This document shows positions 1-10,214 of a stretch of 64,000 bases of DNA, piece by piece (the stretch's first letter is position 1; the number at the start of each line of letters is the position of its first letter). Origin of the DNA: Acutalibacteraceae bacterium (GTDB lineage: Bacteria > Bacillota > Clostridia > Oscillospirales > Acutalibacteraceae); the NCBI GenBank assembly GCA_045542175.1, contig JAZQKN010000137.1, positions 8,961 to 72,960 on the forward strand, in the 5' to 3' direction. Under the pieces are notes generated by a model. It did no database searches. It was not told the origin of the DNA and worked only from the letters and a program-made list of their open reading frames with translations. Made by a program: the position numbers and the translations under genes.

Positions 1-862
1 GCAACAGCATTCGGGCGAGCATATTTTTTCGGGCGTAATCCACGCAATGTGCGGCTGTGACAACGTAGGCTTCCACATGGGCGAAAACTACGTTACGGTT
101 GATTTCAACACCGCAATTTCTTCCGAGCAGCTTGCGGAAGCTGAAAGACTTTCCAACGAGGCAGTTTATCAAAACATCCCCATCGTTTCTCTTTATCCCA
201 TAGGCAAAGAGGTTGAAAAATATAATTACCGCAGTAAAAAGGAAATTGACGGTCAGCTCCGTCTTACACAGATTGGCGACGTTGACCTTTGTGCCTGCTG
301 CGGCACTCACGTCAGACTTACGGGCGAAATCGGTATAATCAAGGCTGTATCAATGGCCAAATACAAATCGGGTGTCAGAGTTACTCTCCAGATAGGCAGA
401 AAGGCTGTTGCCGATTACACAGAAAAGAATGCAAGCGTGCACGCAATTTCAAATCTTCTTTGTGCAAAAACAGAAGAGGTTGCAGAGGCGGTTGAAAAGC
501 TTCAGGCAAGAATGCGCGATGCGGATTTCAGATATGCTGCACTCAAAAAAGAGCTTTTCGCAGAAAAGAGCAAAAACGTTTCGGGTGAAAAATGCTGTAT
601 TTTCGATAACGGGGGTTCAGCCGACGATGCAAGAATCTTTGCGGATATGCTTGCCGACAAAGTTAAAATCGCCGCCGTATTTTCGGGCAGCGATGAAGAC
701 GGATATAAATATGCGGTTGTAAGCCGTACGGAGGATTGCCGTGAAATCGGTAAAGCTCTCAACACCGCGTGCAACGGCAGAGGCGGCGGAAAACCCGATA
801 TGATTCAGGGCTCCGTTTCCGCAAGCAAAGAAACAATCGAGAAATTTTTTGCTGAAATATAA
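1..862 (+). CDS. AlaX-L type alanyl-tRNA editing protein with C-terminal DHHA1 domain (5' truncated by window)
   Basis: Frame is open from base 2 (QQHSGEHIFSG, HxxxH zinc motif); CCGTH motif; C-terminal GRGGG..P.MIQG DHHA1 signature. Confidence 0.9.
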   Translation, partial: QQHSGEHIFSGVIHAMCGCDNVGFHMGENYVTVDFNTAISSEQLAEAERLSNEAVYQNIPIVSLYPIGKEVEKYNYRSKKEIDGQLRLTQIGDVDLCACCGTHVRLTGEIGIIKAVSMAKYKSGVRVTLQIGRKAVADYTEKNASVHAISNLLCAKTEEVAEAVEKLQARMRDADFRYAALKKELFAEKSKNVSGEKCCIFDNGGSADDARIFADMLADKVKIAAVFSGSDEDGYKYAVVSRTEDCREIGKALNTACNGRGGGKPDMIQGSVSASKETIEKFFAEI

Positions 863-864
863 CC

Positions 865-897
865 AAAAAGGTCTGTGCTTTGAGCACAGACCTTTCT
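865..897. terminator. Bidirectional intrinsic terminator
   Basis: AAAGGTCTGTGCT / AGCACAGACCTTT hairpin between convergent genes. Confidence 0.8.
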
Positions 898-1452
898 TTA
901 TTCTTCAGGCATAACTGCATAATCCATTGCATTTTCTCTCGCAATAAGCATATATATAATTTTTGAAATTTCTTCGGGAGTTTCTTCCATTCCGTTATCA
1001 ATCCACAGCCTGAAAACGGCAAGAATCGCTCCTACGAAAAAGCTTACGGCATATTTTCCTTCTTTAAGAATGCTTGTAACGGGAAAATAACTGTAAATAC
1101 GGTCGTTGAGCAAATCCGTAAGACGGTGTGTAAGCCTTGCGGCATAAACTGCATTGATAACGTCTGCATTTTCCTGAATAAAATTGGAAATATAAAGAAT
1201 AACATCATAAAAGGAAACGTCATCACTGTGAGGAATGCTCTGCTTGAGCTTTCTCTCTTCATCGACAAGCTTTCCTATCAGAATATCATCTTTGGTTTTA
1301 TAATTTCTGTAATAAGCCATTCTTGAAACGCCCGCAAGCGAAGTGATATCTGTTATGGTTATATCATAGTAATCTTTTTCTTCCATAAGGCGTAACAATG
1401 CAGTAAGAATACATTCTTTTGTTAACGTATTTATTTCATTAACCTTTTCCAT
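898..1452 (-). CDS. TetR/AcrR family transcriptional regulator
   Basis: N-terminal HTH ITITDITSLAGVSRMAYYRNYKTK; start placed at the ATG (MEKVNE) after the AAAGGTGA RBS. Confidence 0.9.
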   Translation of the reverse strand: MEKVNEINTLTKECILTALLRLMEEKDYYDITITDITSLAGVSRMAYYRNYKTKDDILIGKLVDEERKLKQSIPHSDDVSFYDVILYISNFIQENADVINAVYAARLTHRLTDLLNDRIYSYFPVTSILKEGKYAVSFFVGAILAVFRLWIDNGMEETPEEISKIIYMLIARENAMDYAVMPEE

Positions 1453-1521
1453 TACACATTCACCTTTTTTGTAACGTTTCATAATTTTTTTGTTTTTGTT
1501 TAAAGTTTATTAACATTCTGG

Positions 1522-1544
1522 TGTTACACTTGTAACAGTTACAA
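1522..1544. promoter_or_regulatory. Overlapping palindromes, probable TetR operator
   Basis: TGTTACA-CT-TGTAACA (1522-1537) overlaps TTGTAAC-A-GTTACAA (1530-1544) in the divergent tetR/ABC intergenic region. Confidence 0.6.
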
Positions 1545-1583
1545 TGGTATCAAAATCTATTATTTTTGTCAAGGGGATTACAA

Positions 1584-4500
1584 ATGCTAAAACTTACCGA
1601 CATTGTAAAAGAATATCCCACGGGCGACGAAAAAGTTGTTGCTCTTAAGGATGTCAATATTGAATTCCGTAAAAGCGAGTTTGTTTCCATCCTCGGCCAT
1701 TCGGGCTGCGGCAAAACAACTCTTCTTAACATTATCGGCGGTCTTGACCAGTACACCTCGGGTGACCTTGTAATCAGCGGCAAGTCAACCAAAGATTTCA
1801 AGGACGATGACTGGGATACCTACCGCAACCACTCCGTAGGTTTCGTTTTCCAGAACTATAATCTGATTCCACATCAGAGCGTTCTTTCAAACGTTGAGCT
1901 TGCACTTACCCTGAGCGGCGTTTCAAAAGCAGAAAGAAAAGAAAGAGCCAAGGCGGCTCTCGAAAAGGTTGGTCTGGGCAACCAGATAAACAAAAAACCC
2001 AACCAGATGTCAGGCGGTCAGATGCAGAGAGTTGCAATCGCAAGAGCTCTTGTCAACAACCCTGAAATTCTTCTTGCCGATGAACCCACAGGTGCTCTGG
2101 ACAGCGAAACAAGCGTTCAGGTTATGGAGCTTCTTAAAGAAATTTCAAAAGACAGGCTCGTTATTATGGTTACTCATAACCCCGAGCTTGCCGATGAATA
2201 TTCAACAAGAATCATCCGCCTTGTTGACGGCAGAATCGTAAACGACAGTAATCCTTACACCTCTGCAGAGGAAGAAAACACCACTGCTCCCGCAGTCAAA
2301 GAAACAAGAAAAGAGAAAAAAGCAAAGAAAAAGCCTTCAATGTCCTTTGCTACCGCACTTTCACTTTCGCTTAATAACCTTATGACAAAGAAGATGCGAA
2401 CCTTCCTCACTTCTTTTGCAGGCAGCATCGGTATTATCGGCATTGCTCTGATTCTTGCTCTTTCAAACGGCTTCCAGCTTTATATCGAATCCATTCAGCG
2501 CGAGGCTCTGACCTCATATCCGATTATGATTGAATCAGCCACAATGGATATGAATGCAATGATGGGCAGTATGACCAACACCGCAACAGGCGAAGTTGAC
2601 CACGAGCTGGATAAGGTTTATCCCAACTCACTTGCCGCAAGTATGATGGATTCGCTTTCGGCAGGTACGTGGACAAATGATCTCAAGTCTTTCAAGGAAT
2701 ATATTGAAAGCGATAACAGTTTAATCAAGCAGTCTGCAAGCAGCATTAAATATACCTACGGCGGCACCTTTAACATTTATGCTTCGGATTATTCAAACGG
2801 TGCAAACAAGGTTTATCCCAGCCCCATCACTGATTTTGCAGGCGAAATGATGGGCACAATGGGTATGGGTCAGGCAACGAATATGATGGGCATGTCCTCG
2901 GTTGAAATTATGATGAGCGCCTGGCAGGAGCTTATCGACAGCCCTCAGCTCATTGATGAGCAGTATGACGTTGTTGCAGGCCGTCTTCCCAATAACTACA
3001 ACGAAGTTGTTCTTATTATCGACCGTAACAACGAAATCAGCGACCTTGCAATTCAGGGCCTCGGTATGATGACCGCGGAAGAAATGATGGACTCAATGAT
3101 GTCATCAATGACAGGCGGCGAATACAAACCCTATCAGGGCACGTTTGAATATGACGAAATCATTGGCAAAACGTATAAAATCGTTCTTGAGCCCGATTAC
3201 TATGCTTACGATGAAGCAACGGGCACGTGGATAGACAAACACGGCGATGCAGAATACGAAAAGCAGCTTATTGATAACGGCGAAGAGGTTAAAATCGTTG
3301 GTATCATCAAGCCTGCAGAAGGCTCGCTTATGTCAACAACCACAGGTGCTATCGGCTACACAGCAGACCTTACCGAGCACATCATCACCAAAACAAACGA
3401 ATGCGAAATCGTTATTCAGCAGAAAGCCAACCCTGAGGTTGACGTATTCACAGGTCTTCGTTTTGACGGCTCTGACGTTGCTGCAAACACGCAGCCCGAA
3501 ACTGCTCCCGCAACCGCAGACACTACCCTCGACCCCGAAATCAGCCCGGTTGAGGCTCCCGTAAGCGACACACAAACAAGCTCAATGCCGTTCAGCGGCA
3601 AAGCTCCTCTTGCATCACCTACTGCAACCTATTCCGCAGACGAAATCTATGCTATGATTGACGAAACCTACAGCGGCCAGCAGAGAAAAGACATCAGAAG
3701 AATGGTTGATCTTTTCCTTAAGGATTCCCTTACCGATTCCGAAAAAACTGAGCTTGCCGCAAGCATAGGCACAATTGAAGTTCCCGTTATGGGCAAACTC
3801 ACAGGTGAACAGGCTGTCGGCTTCATCACAAAAATGGGTTACGACGAAAAGCTTGATATTCTTACGGGAATGATAAACGGCGATTACGGTGACGTTCTTC
3901 CCCCTCCCACAGACGAGCCTTCTACAGACTCCGAAGAAACAAATCCTGAAGAACCTGTTGCTCCCGAAGAACCCGAACCCGAGCTTCCCAAGCCTCTTTG
4001 TGCTACCTATCAGGAAGCTCTTACCAAGCTTGGTGTTGCAGATCTGTCAACACCCAAATCGATCTATATTTATCCTCTTGATTTTGAATCAAAAGACGTT
4101 ATCTCGGCAGAAATCGAGAAATATAATAACAGTAAGATTGATTCAGGTAACGAAAAGAGCGAAATCAAATATACCGATATGATAGGCCTTCTTCTTTCAT
4201 CGGTTACAAAAATCGTTAACGTAATCTCTTACGTTCTTATCGCTTTCGTTGCAATTTCACTTGTTGTTTCATCAATTATGATCGGTATTATCACCTATAT
4301 TTCAGTTCTTGAAAGAACAAAGGAAATCGGTATTCTCCGAGCAATCGGTGCTTCAAAGAAAGATATCTCCAGAGTGTTCAATGCGGAAACGCTTATTGTC
4401 GGTTTTGTTTCGGGGGCTCTGGGTATAGGAATAACCCTGCTTCTGACAATTCCCATCAACCTTGTGATTCACCATCTCACCTCAATCGCAAACGTTGCAC

Positions 4501-4625
4501 AGCTTCCTACGGCAGGCGGAATTATCCTTGTTGTAATCAGTATGAGCCTTACGCTCATCGCGGGCCTTATCCCCTCAAGAATAGCTTCAAAGAAAGACCC
4601 CGTAGAAGCATTGAGAACAGAATAA
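1584..4625 (+). CDS. MacB/FtsX-type fused ABC transporter (ATP-binding plus permease)
   Basis: Walker A GHSGCGKT, signature MSGGQ, Walker B LLADEPTGALD; large extracellular loop; C-terminal FtsX permease (VLERTKEIGILRAIGA). Confidence 0.92.
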   Translation: MLKLTDIVKEYPTGDEKVVALKDVNIEFRKSEFVSILGHSGCGKTTLLNIIGGLDQYTSGDLVISGKSTKDFKDDDWDTYRNHSVGFVFQNYNLIPHQSVLSNVELALTLSGVSKAERKERAKAALEKVGLGNQINKKPNQMSGGQMQRVAIARALVNNPEILLADEPTGALDSETSVQVMELLKEISKDRLVIMVTHNPELADEYSTRIIRLVDGRIVNDSNPYTSAEEENTTAPAVKETRKEKKAKKKPSMSFATALSLSLNNLMTKKMRTFLTSFAGSIGIIGIALILALSNGFQLYIESIQREALTSYPIMIESATMDMNAMMGSMTNTATGEVDHELDKVYPNSLAASMMDSLSAGTWTNDLKSFKEYIESDNSLIKQSASSIKYTYGGTFNIYASDYSNGANKVYPSPITDFAGEMMGTMGMGQATNMMGMSSVEIMMSAWQELIDSPQLIDEQYDVVAGRLPNNYNEVVLIIDRNNEISDLAIQGLGMMTAEEMMDSMMSSMTGGEYKPYQGTFEYDEIIGKTYKIVLEPDYYAYDEATGTWIDKHGDAEYEKQLIDNGEEVKIVGIIKPAEGSLMSTTTGAIGYTADLTEHIITKTNECEIVIQQKANPEVDVFTGLRFDGSDVAANTQPETAPATADTTLDPEISPVEAPVSDTQTSSMPFSGKAPLASPTATYSADEIYAMIDETYSGQQRKDIRRMVDLFLKDSLTDSEKTELAASIGTIEVPVMGKLTGEQAVGFITKMGYDEKLDILTGMINGDYGDVLPPPTDEPSTDSEETNPEEPVAPEEPEPELPKPLCATYQEALTKLGVADLSTPKSIYIYPLDFESKDVISAEIEKYNNSKIDSGNEKSEIKYTDMIGLLLSSVTKIVNVISYVLIAFVAISLVVSSIMIGIITYISVLERTKEIGILRAIGASKKDISRVFNAETLIVGFVSGALGIGITLLLTIPINLVIHHLTSIANVAQLPTAGGIILVVISMSLTLIAGLIPSRIASKKDPVEALRTE

Positions 4626-4632
4626 AAAAATT

Positions 4633-4702
4633 AACGGTGCACAGATTTCTGTGCACCGTTTTTCTTATGCAAAAATCCGCAGGCGGAAAACCTGCGGATT
4701 TC
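4633..4702. terminator. Two tandem terminator hairpins between the convergent ABC gene and ileS
   Basis: AACGGTGCACAGA/TCTGTGCACCGTT with T tail; AAATCCGCAGG/CCTGCGGATTT. Confidence 0.8.
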
Positions 4703-4712
4703 TTTATTTTAT

Positions 4713-7700
4713 TCAGTTCTTTTCAACGCCGAGAGTTACCTTTTCGCCGTTGATATCCCATTCCTTAACGAATGAGCCGCCTGCTGCAGCAATGATTTCT
4801 GTTGCAAGAACGTCGTGGCAGATGCCGTCGTTGTTTGCCTTGAAGATTGCTTCAATCTTTTCGTTGCCGCTTACGTAAATCCTGATGGTATCCATAACCT
4901 CAAAGCCTGCGTCCTTACGCATTGTCTGAATCTTGGAAACAAGCTCTCTTACAAAGCCTTCTTCAACAAGCTCAGGTGTGAGGTTTGTATCAAGGACAAC
5001 GGTTACACCGTAATCGCTTTCTGCCTGGAAACCTTCCTTCTGAACGGTACCGATAAGGAGGTCTTCGGGAGCAAGGCTGATTTCGGTATCACCTACTGTG
5101 AACGTGATTGCACCCTTTTCGTCAAGCTCTGCCTTTGCAGCTGAGCCGTCAACGTTTGCAAGGTATTCTCTGATTGCACCGAGCATCTTGCCGTACTTCG
5201 GACCGAGAGTCTTGAGCTGAGGCTTGAAGCTGTATGAAACGTATGATGAGGTGTCGTTTACGAAATCAAGCTCCTTAACGTTGAGCTCATCTTCGATGAT
5301 TTCGCAGTATTCCTTATCAAGCACCTTGGGAGCAATAACAAAAATCTTGCCGAGGGGCTGTCTGTTCTTGATGTTTGCGCCGTTTCTTGCAGCTCTGCCG
5401 AGAACAACGATGTTAAGAACTTCGTCCATTGAGTTTTCGAGGTCTTTATCGATGAATGCAGGGTTTGAAACGGGATAATCACAAAGGTGAATGCTTTCGG
5501 GAGCTTCCTTATTTACGCTGCAAACAAGGTTGCGGTAAATATCGTCTGCCATGAAGGGAATCATGGGAGCTGAAAGCTTAGCAACGGTTTCAAGAGCGGT
5601 GTAAAGAGTCATATAAGCGTTAATCTTATCCTGCTCAAGTCCCTTTGCCCAGAAACGTTCTCTGCCTCTTCTTACGTACCAGTTACTCATATCGTCAACA
5701 AAACTCTGAAGTGCTCTTGCAGCTTCGGGGATAGCATAGTTGCCGAGATAATTATCAACTGTATCAATAAGAGTGTTAAGCTTTGAAAGAAGCCACTTAT
5801 CCATTACGGAAAGCTTATCATAATCAAGGGTGTGCTCTGTGGGATTGAACTTATCGATATTCGCATAAAGAATATAGAAAGCATAAGTGTTCCAGAGAGT
5901 ACCCATAAACTTATGCTGACCCTCTTCAACTGCCTTGCCGTGGAAACGGTTGGGAAGCCAGGGGGCGGAGTTGGTGTAGAAATACCAGCGGATAGCGTCT
6001 GCACCGTATTTTTCAAGAGCGTCAAACGGATCAACCGCATTACCCTTGGATTTTGACATCTTCTGACCGTTTTCGTCCTGAACAAGACCGAGAACGATAA
6101 CGTTCTTATAGGGAGATTTATCAAAGAGAAGAGTTGAGATAGCAAGAAGTGAATAGAACCAGCCTCTTGTCTGGTCAACTGCTTCTGAAATGAATTCTGC
6201 GGGGAACTGCTGCTCGAAAACTTCCTTGTTTTCGAACGGATAGTGATGCTGTGCAAAGGGCATTGCACCTGAATCGTACCAGCAGTCGATAACCTCGGGA
6301 ACTCTCTTCATTTCGCCGCCGCACTTTTCGCACTTGATGGTAACGTCATCAATGAAAGGACGGTGAAGTTCAATATCATCGGGGCAGTTGCCGCTCATTG
6401 ACTTGAGCTCTTCGATTGAGCCGATTGAATGTCTGTGGCCGCATTCGCATTCCCAGATATTGAGAGGAGTACCCCAATAACGGTTACGGCTGATACCCCA
6501 GTCCTGAATATTTTCAAGCCAGTCACCGAATCTGCCCTTGCCGATGCTTTCGGGAATCCAGTTAACCGTGTTGTTATTCTTAACAAGGTTCTCCTTAACG
6601 GCTGTCATCTTGATGAACCAGGATTCTCTTGCATAGTAGATAAGAGGAGTGTCACATCTCCAGCAGAAAGGATAATCGTGTTCAAACTTGGGAGCAGAGA
6701 AAAGCTTGCCTTCCTTATCAAGGTCAACAAGGATTTCGGGGTCAGCATCCTTAACGAACTTGCCTGCATAAGGCGTTTCGTCAGTCATATTACCCTTGCC
6801 GTCAACGAACTGAACGAAGGGAAGGTCATACTTTCTGCCGACCTTTGCGTCGTCTTCACCGAAAGCGGGAGCAATATGAACGATACCGGTACCGTCTGAC
6901 ATTGTAACGTAATCGTCAACGGTTACAAAGTGACCCTTCTTATTCTGCTTTGCTGCGCATTCGCCTGCACAGGCAAAAAGAGGCTCGTATTCTTTGTATT
7001 CAAGGTCTGTGCCCTTGTAGGTTTCAAGAACTTCGTAAGCTGCAACACCGTTTTCTTTGTCACCGAGTGAGCCGAGAACAGTGTCGAGAAGAGCCTTTGC
7101 CATATAATATGTGTAGCCGTCAGCAGCCTTAACCTTGCAGTAAGTCTCTTCGGGGTTAACGCAGAGAGCTACGTTTGAGGGAAGAGTCCAGGGAGTTGTT
7201 GTCCAAGCAAGGAAGTAAGCGTCTTCACCTACAACCTTGAATCTTACAACTGCCGAACGCTCTTTTACTGCCTTATAGCCCTGTGCAACCTCGTGTGATG
7301 AAAGAGGTGTACCGCAACGGGGGCAGTAGGGAACAATCTTGAAACCCTTATAAAGAAGACCCTTATTCCAGATTTCTTTAAGTGACCACCAAACGGATTC
7401 AATGTAGCTGTTATGGTAAGTAACGTAGGGGTCGTCCATATCTGCCCAGAAACCTACTGTTCCCGAGAAGTCTTCCCACATTCCCTTGTATTTCCAAACG
7501 CTTTCCTTACAGTGGCCGATAAAAGGCTCAAGGCCGTATTTTTCAATCTGTTCCTTACCGTTGATGCCGAGCATCTTTTCAACCTCAAGCTCAACAGGAA
7601 GGCCGTGGGTATCCCAACCTGCCTTACGGGGAACCATATAGCCCTTCATTGTGCGGTATCTGGGAATCATATCCTTGATAACGCGGGTAAGAACGTGGCC

Positions 7701-7868
7701 GATATGAGGCTTGCCGTTTGCGGTGGGAGGACCGTCATAGAACGTGTACGTGGGACAGCCCTTTCTGGATTCAATGCTCTTTTCGAAAATCTTGTTTTCT
7801 TTCCAAAAATCGAGAGTTGCTTTTTCGCGTGCAACGAAATCGAGATTCGGTGAAACCTTTTCGTACAT
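4713..7868 (-). CDS. ileS: Isoleucine-tRNA ligase (type 2, IleRS2)
   Basis: GPPTANGKPHIGH, GWDTHGLPVE, DWGISRNRYWGTP, KMSKS; 1051 aa; upstream Ile T-box. Confidence 0.96.
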   Translation of the reverse strand: MYEKVSPNLDFVAREKATLDFWKENKIFEKSIESRKGCPTYTFYDGPPTANGKPHIGHVLTRVIKDMIPRYRTMKGYMVPRKAGWDTHGLPVELEVEKMLGINGKEQIEKYGLEPFIGHCKESVWKYKGMWEDFSGTVGFWADMDDPYVTYHNSYIESVWWSLKEIWNKGLLYKGFKIVPYCPRCGTPLSSHEVAQGYKAVKERSAVVRFKVVGEDAYFLAWTTTPWTLPSNVALCVNPEETYCKVKAADGYTYYMAKALLDTVLGSLGDKENGVAAYEVLETYKGTDLEYKEYEPLFACAGECAAKQNKKGHFVTVDDYVTMSDGTGIVHIAPAFGEDDAKVGRKYDLPFVQFVDGKGNMTDETPYAGKFVKDADPEILVDLDKEGKLFSAPKFEHDYPFCWRCDTPLIYYARESWFIKMTAVKENLVKNNNTVNWIPESIGKGRFGDWLENIQDWGISRNRYWGTPLNIWECECGHRHSIGSIEELKSMSGNCPDDIELHRPFIDDVTIKCEKCGGEMKRVPEVIDCWYDSGAMPFAQHHYPFENKEVFEQQFPAEFISEAVDQTRGWFYSLLAISTLLFDKSPYKNVIVLGLVQDENGQKMSKSKGNAVDPFDALEKYGADAIRWYFYTNSAPWLPNRFHGKAVEEGQHKFMGTLWNTYAFYILYANIDKFNPTEHTLDYDKLSVMDKWLLSKLNTLIDTVDNYLGNYAIPEAARALQSFVDDMSNWYVRRGRERFWAKGLEQDKINAYMTLYTALETVAKLSAPMIPFMADDIYRNLVCSVNKEAPESIHLCDYPVSNPAFIDKDLENSMDEVLNIVVLGRAARNGANIKNRQPLGKIFVIAPKVLDKEYCEIIEDELNVKELDFVNDTSSYVSYSFKPQLKTLGPKYGKMLGAIREYLANVDGSAAKAELDEKGAITFTVGDTEISLAPEDLLIGTVQKEGFQAESDYGVTVVLDTNLTPELVEEGFVRELVSKIQTMRKDAGFEVMDTIRIYVSGNEKIEAIFKANNDGICHDVLATEIIAAAGGSFVKEWDINGEKVTLGVEKN

Positions 7869-7904
7869 TTTTCATTCCTCCGATTTATTTAAATAAACTT
7901 TAAC

Positions 7905-8150
7905 CAAAACAAAAAACTCCGACCCTGTCGGGACGGAGATATTATCTTCGCTAACCACCCATACATAACTGATCTTTATGCTCCCGATAACGGCGGGATG
8001 CCGTCAAAGCCTACTTGCAACGCTTTCGGTTTGCGATTCGGGAGTGATATTCACGCTTCACACTGCCGGCAGGTTTTCACTGTCTCTGCCTCACTTTGGG
8101 TCAGTTTCCGTAAAGGCTACTGTCTCCGTCACTATCTTTGCGGATGTATT
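7905..8150 (-). ncRNA. T-box riboswitch (Ile specifier) upstream of ileS
   Basis: Minus strand shows Stem I with specifier loop GAAT-ATC-A (Ile codon at 8046-8048), AGTA box, CCGTTA, T-box GGGTGGTTAGCG and terminator CTCCGTCCC-GACA-GGGTCGGAG followed by a T run. Confidence 0.9.
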
Positions 8151-8164
8151 CAATTCAGTTAAGA

Positions 8165-8193
8165 ATTATAACATAGTAAAAGTTTATTGTCAA
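8165..8193 (-). promoter_or_regulatory. Consensus sigma-A promoter for the T-box/ileS transcript
   Basis: TTGACA-17 bp-TATAAT on the minus strand. Confidence 0.85.
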
Positions 8194-8219
8194 TAAAATA
8201 AATATAATATATTATTGCG

Positions 8220-8248
8220 TTGCATTTGCTTCAAAAATATGTTATGAT
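8220..8248 (+). promoter_or_regulatory. Probable sigma-A promoter for the 8.3-11.4 kb operon
   Basis: TTGCAT-17 bp-TATGAT with TG extension. Confidence 0.6.
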
Positions 8249-8262
8249 ATATTGAATAATTT

Positions 8263-8808
8263 TTGGCAGGTGTTATTTTGAAAACCATTAAATCAATTCT
8301 GTTTTATATCTGGCAATTCACCTATGCAATCGTGCAGAACTTAATAGGCCTTGTTGCATTTGCGATTTATAAATCAAAGGGTGCAAAAAGCGAAAAATTC
8401 CACAATTCAATCATCACCTACATAGACAAAAAGAATTTCGGCGGAATTTCTCTGGGCATTTTTATTTTCATCAACGCCAATAGACAGGGAGATGCACTTC
8501 ACGATACACAGATTCACGAATACGGTCACACGATTCAATCCGCAATTCTCGGCCCGCTCTGGCTTTTTGTTATTGCAATTCCGTCGGTTATCTGGTGCAA
8601 CACACCGTATTTCGTAAAGCTCCGCAAAGAAAAGAACGTTTCTTATTACAGAGCATACTGCGAAGGCTGGGCAAATATGTGCGGACTCCGGGCTACCAAA
8701 GACAGCTTCAAAACCGCTGAACTTCTCAACAGAGGCAGATACGGCAAACCCATAAACCCCAACAGAAACAAACGCAAGGATATTAAAGGAAGAAGGAGAA
8801 ACAAGTAA
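8263..8808 (+). CDS. Hypothetical membrane protein with HExxH zinc-binding motif
   Basis: Hydrophobic segments; HEYGH followed by a downstream E..AN; start may be the TTG at 8278. Confidence 0.7.
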   Translation: MAGVILKTIKSILFYIWQFTYAIVQNLIGLVAFAIYKSKGAKSEKFHNSIITYIDKKNFGGISLGIFIFINANRQGDALHDTQIHEYGHTIQSAILGPLWLFVIAIPSVIWCNTPYFVKLRKEKNVSYYRAYCEGWANMCGLRATKDSFKTAELLNRGRYGKPINPNRNKRKDIKGRRRNK

Positions 8809-10214
8809 TGGAAAAGAAGTATCTTAAAACAAGCGAAATAGCTTCGTTTGCAAGCTCCGCTTTCGGCAGAAGTATGATTTATACCCTTATGTCAACTTAT
8901 CTGCTGATTTTCTACACAGACGCCGCAGGTATTCAGGCAACACACGCAGGCTGGATTATCTTCGGTGCAAGAATTTTCGATGCGGCAAACGACCCCGTAA
9001 TGGGTATGATTGCAGACCGTACAAAAACAAAGTTCGGCAAGCTCCGTCCGTATCTTCTTTTCTCACCTTTCCTCATTATGGCTTCTACCATAGCTCTTTT
9101 CACCGTTCCCGGTTTTGAAAGCTACGGTGCAAAGGTTGCTTATGCGGCAATCACATATATTCTCTGGGGCATCTGCTTCACAATTCAGGACGTTCCTTTC
9201 TGGGGCCTGAGTGCTGTTGTTACTCCCCTTGAAAACGAACGCAACAAATTCCTTTCTATTGCAAGAATCGGCAGCACAATCGGCGGAATTCTTCCCACCG
9301 TTCTTATTCCCGTGCTTCGCACGTCATCTCTCGGCATAACAAAAGGCTATTTCGTAGGCGGTCTTATTTTCGGTGTTGTCGGCTCAATGATTTCTCTTCT
9401 TGCTTTCTTCGGAACAAAAGAAAAGGTTGAACAGCCCCCCAAGGATAAGGTAAGCGTAAAAGAGGTTGTTTCGGCTTACACAAAGAACAAGCCTCTGCTT
9501 CTTCTCATTCTTGCAAGCGTTCTCGGCTCGGCAATGCTTATGGCTCAGACTTCGGGCTCATACATTGCAACGTATCTTATTCAGGATTCAGGCTTCATTC
9601 CTCACGGCTCGGTTCAGGTTGTTATGACCGTTGCAATCGGTGCAGGTATGATGATAGCCATGGTGCTTATGCCCATACTCCGCAAAAAGCTTTCTCTTAA
9701 ACAGATTTACATCGGCTCCGCTCTTTTCGGCGCGGTTATGCACGTTGTTCTCTATTTTATGGGTTACAGCAATTTCTACGCACTCCTCGTTGTTCTTGCG
9801 GTTGTAGGTCTTCCTCTCGGTATTTTCAACGTTATTACATATGCTATGGTCGGCGACAGCGTCGATTATCTTGAATGGAAAACAGGCAGACGTTCAGAAG
9901 GCATCTGCTTTGCATCGCAGACCTTTATCAGCAAGCTCACGGCAGGTATTTCAACGCTTATCACAAGCTTTGTTCTTGAAGCTTATAATTACGTTGAGCC
10001 CATCAAATCAAAAAATGAATTCGGCGTATCAATTGAGCTTGCACAGGCTCAGTCCGACGAAACACTCAGAGGTATGTTCATAATGATTTCAATCATTCCC
10101 GCAATCAGCCTTGCTCTTTGTGCAGTGCCGATGTTCTTCAATGACTACACAGGCAAGAAAAAGGATAAGATTGTAAAAGAACTTCAGGAACGCAGGGAGA
10201 TTAAAAATGGATAA
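8808..10214 (+). CDS. MFS glycoside-pentoside-hexuronide:cation symporter (MelB-like)
   Basis: RIFDAANDPVMGMIADRTKTKFGKLRP and D.VDY.EWKTGRR.EG motifs; about 12 TM segments. Confidence 0.92.
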   Translation: MEKKYLKTSEIASFASSAFGRSMIYTLMSTYLLIFYTDAAGIQATHAGWIIFGARIFDAANDPVMGMIADRTKTKFGKLRPYLLFSPFLIMASTIALFTVPGFESYGAKVAYAAITYILWGICFTIQDVPFWGLSAVVTPLENERNKFLSIARIGSTIGGILPTVLIPVLRTSSLGITKGYFVGGLIFGVVGSMISLLAFFGTKEKVEQPPKDKVSVKEVVSAYTKNKPLLLLILASVLGSAMLMAQTSGSYIATYLIQDSGFIPHGSVQVVMTVAIGAGMMIAMVLMPILRKKLSLKQIYIGSALFGAVMHVVLYFMGYSNFYALLVVLAVVGLPLGIFNVITYAMVGDSVDYLEWKTGRRSEGICFASQTFISKLTAGISTLITSFVLEAYNYVEPIKSKNEFGVSIELAQAQSDETLRGMFIMISIIPAISLALCAVPMFFNDYTGKKKDKIVKELQERREIKNG

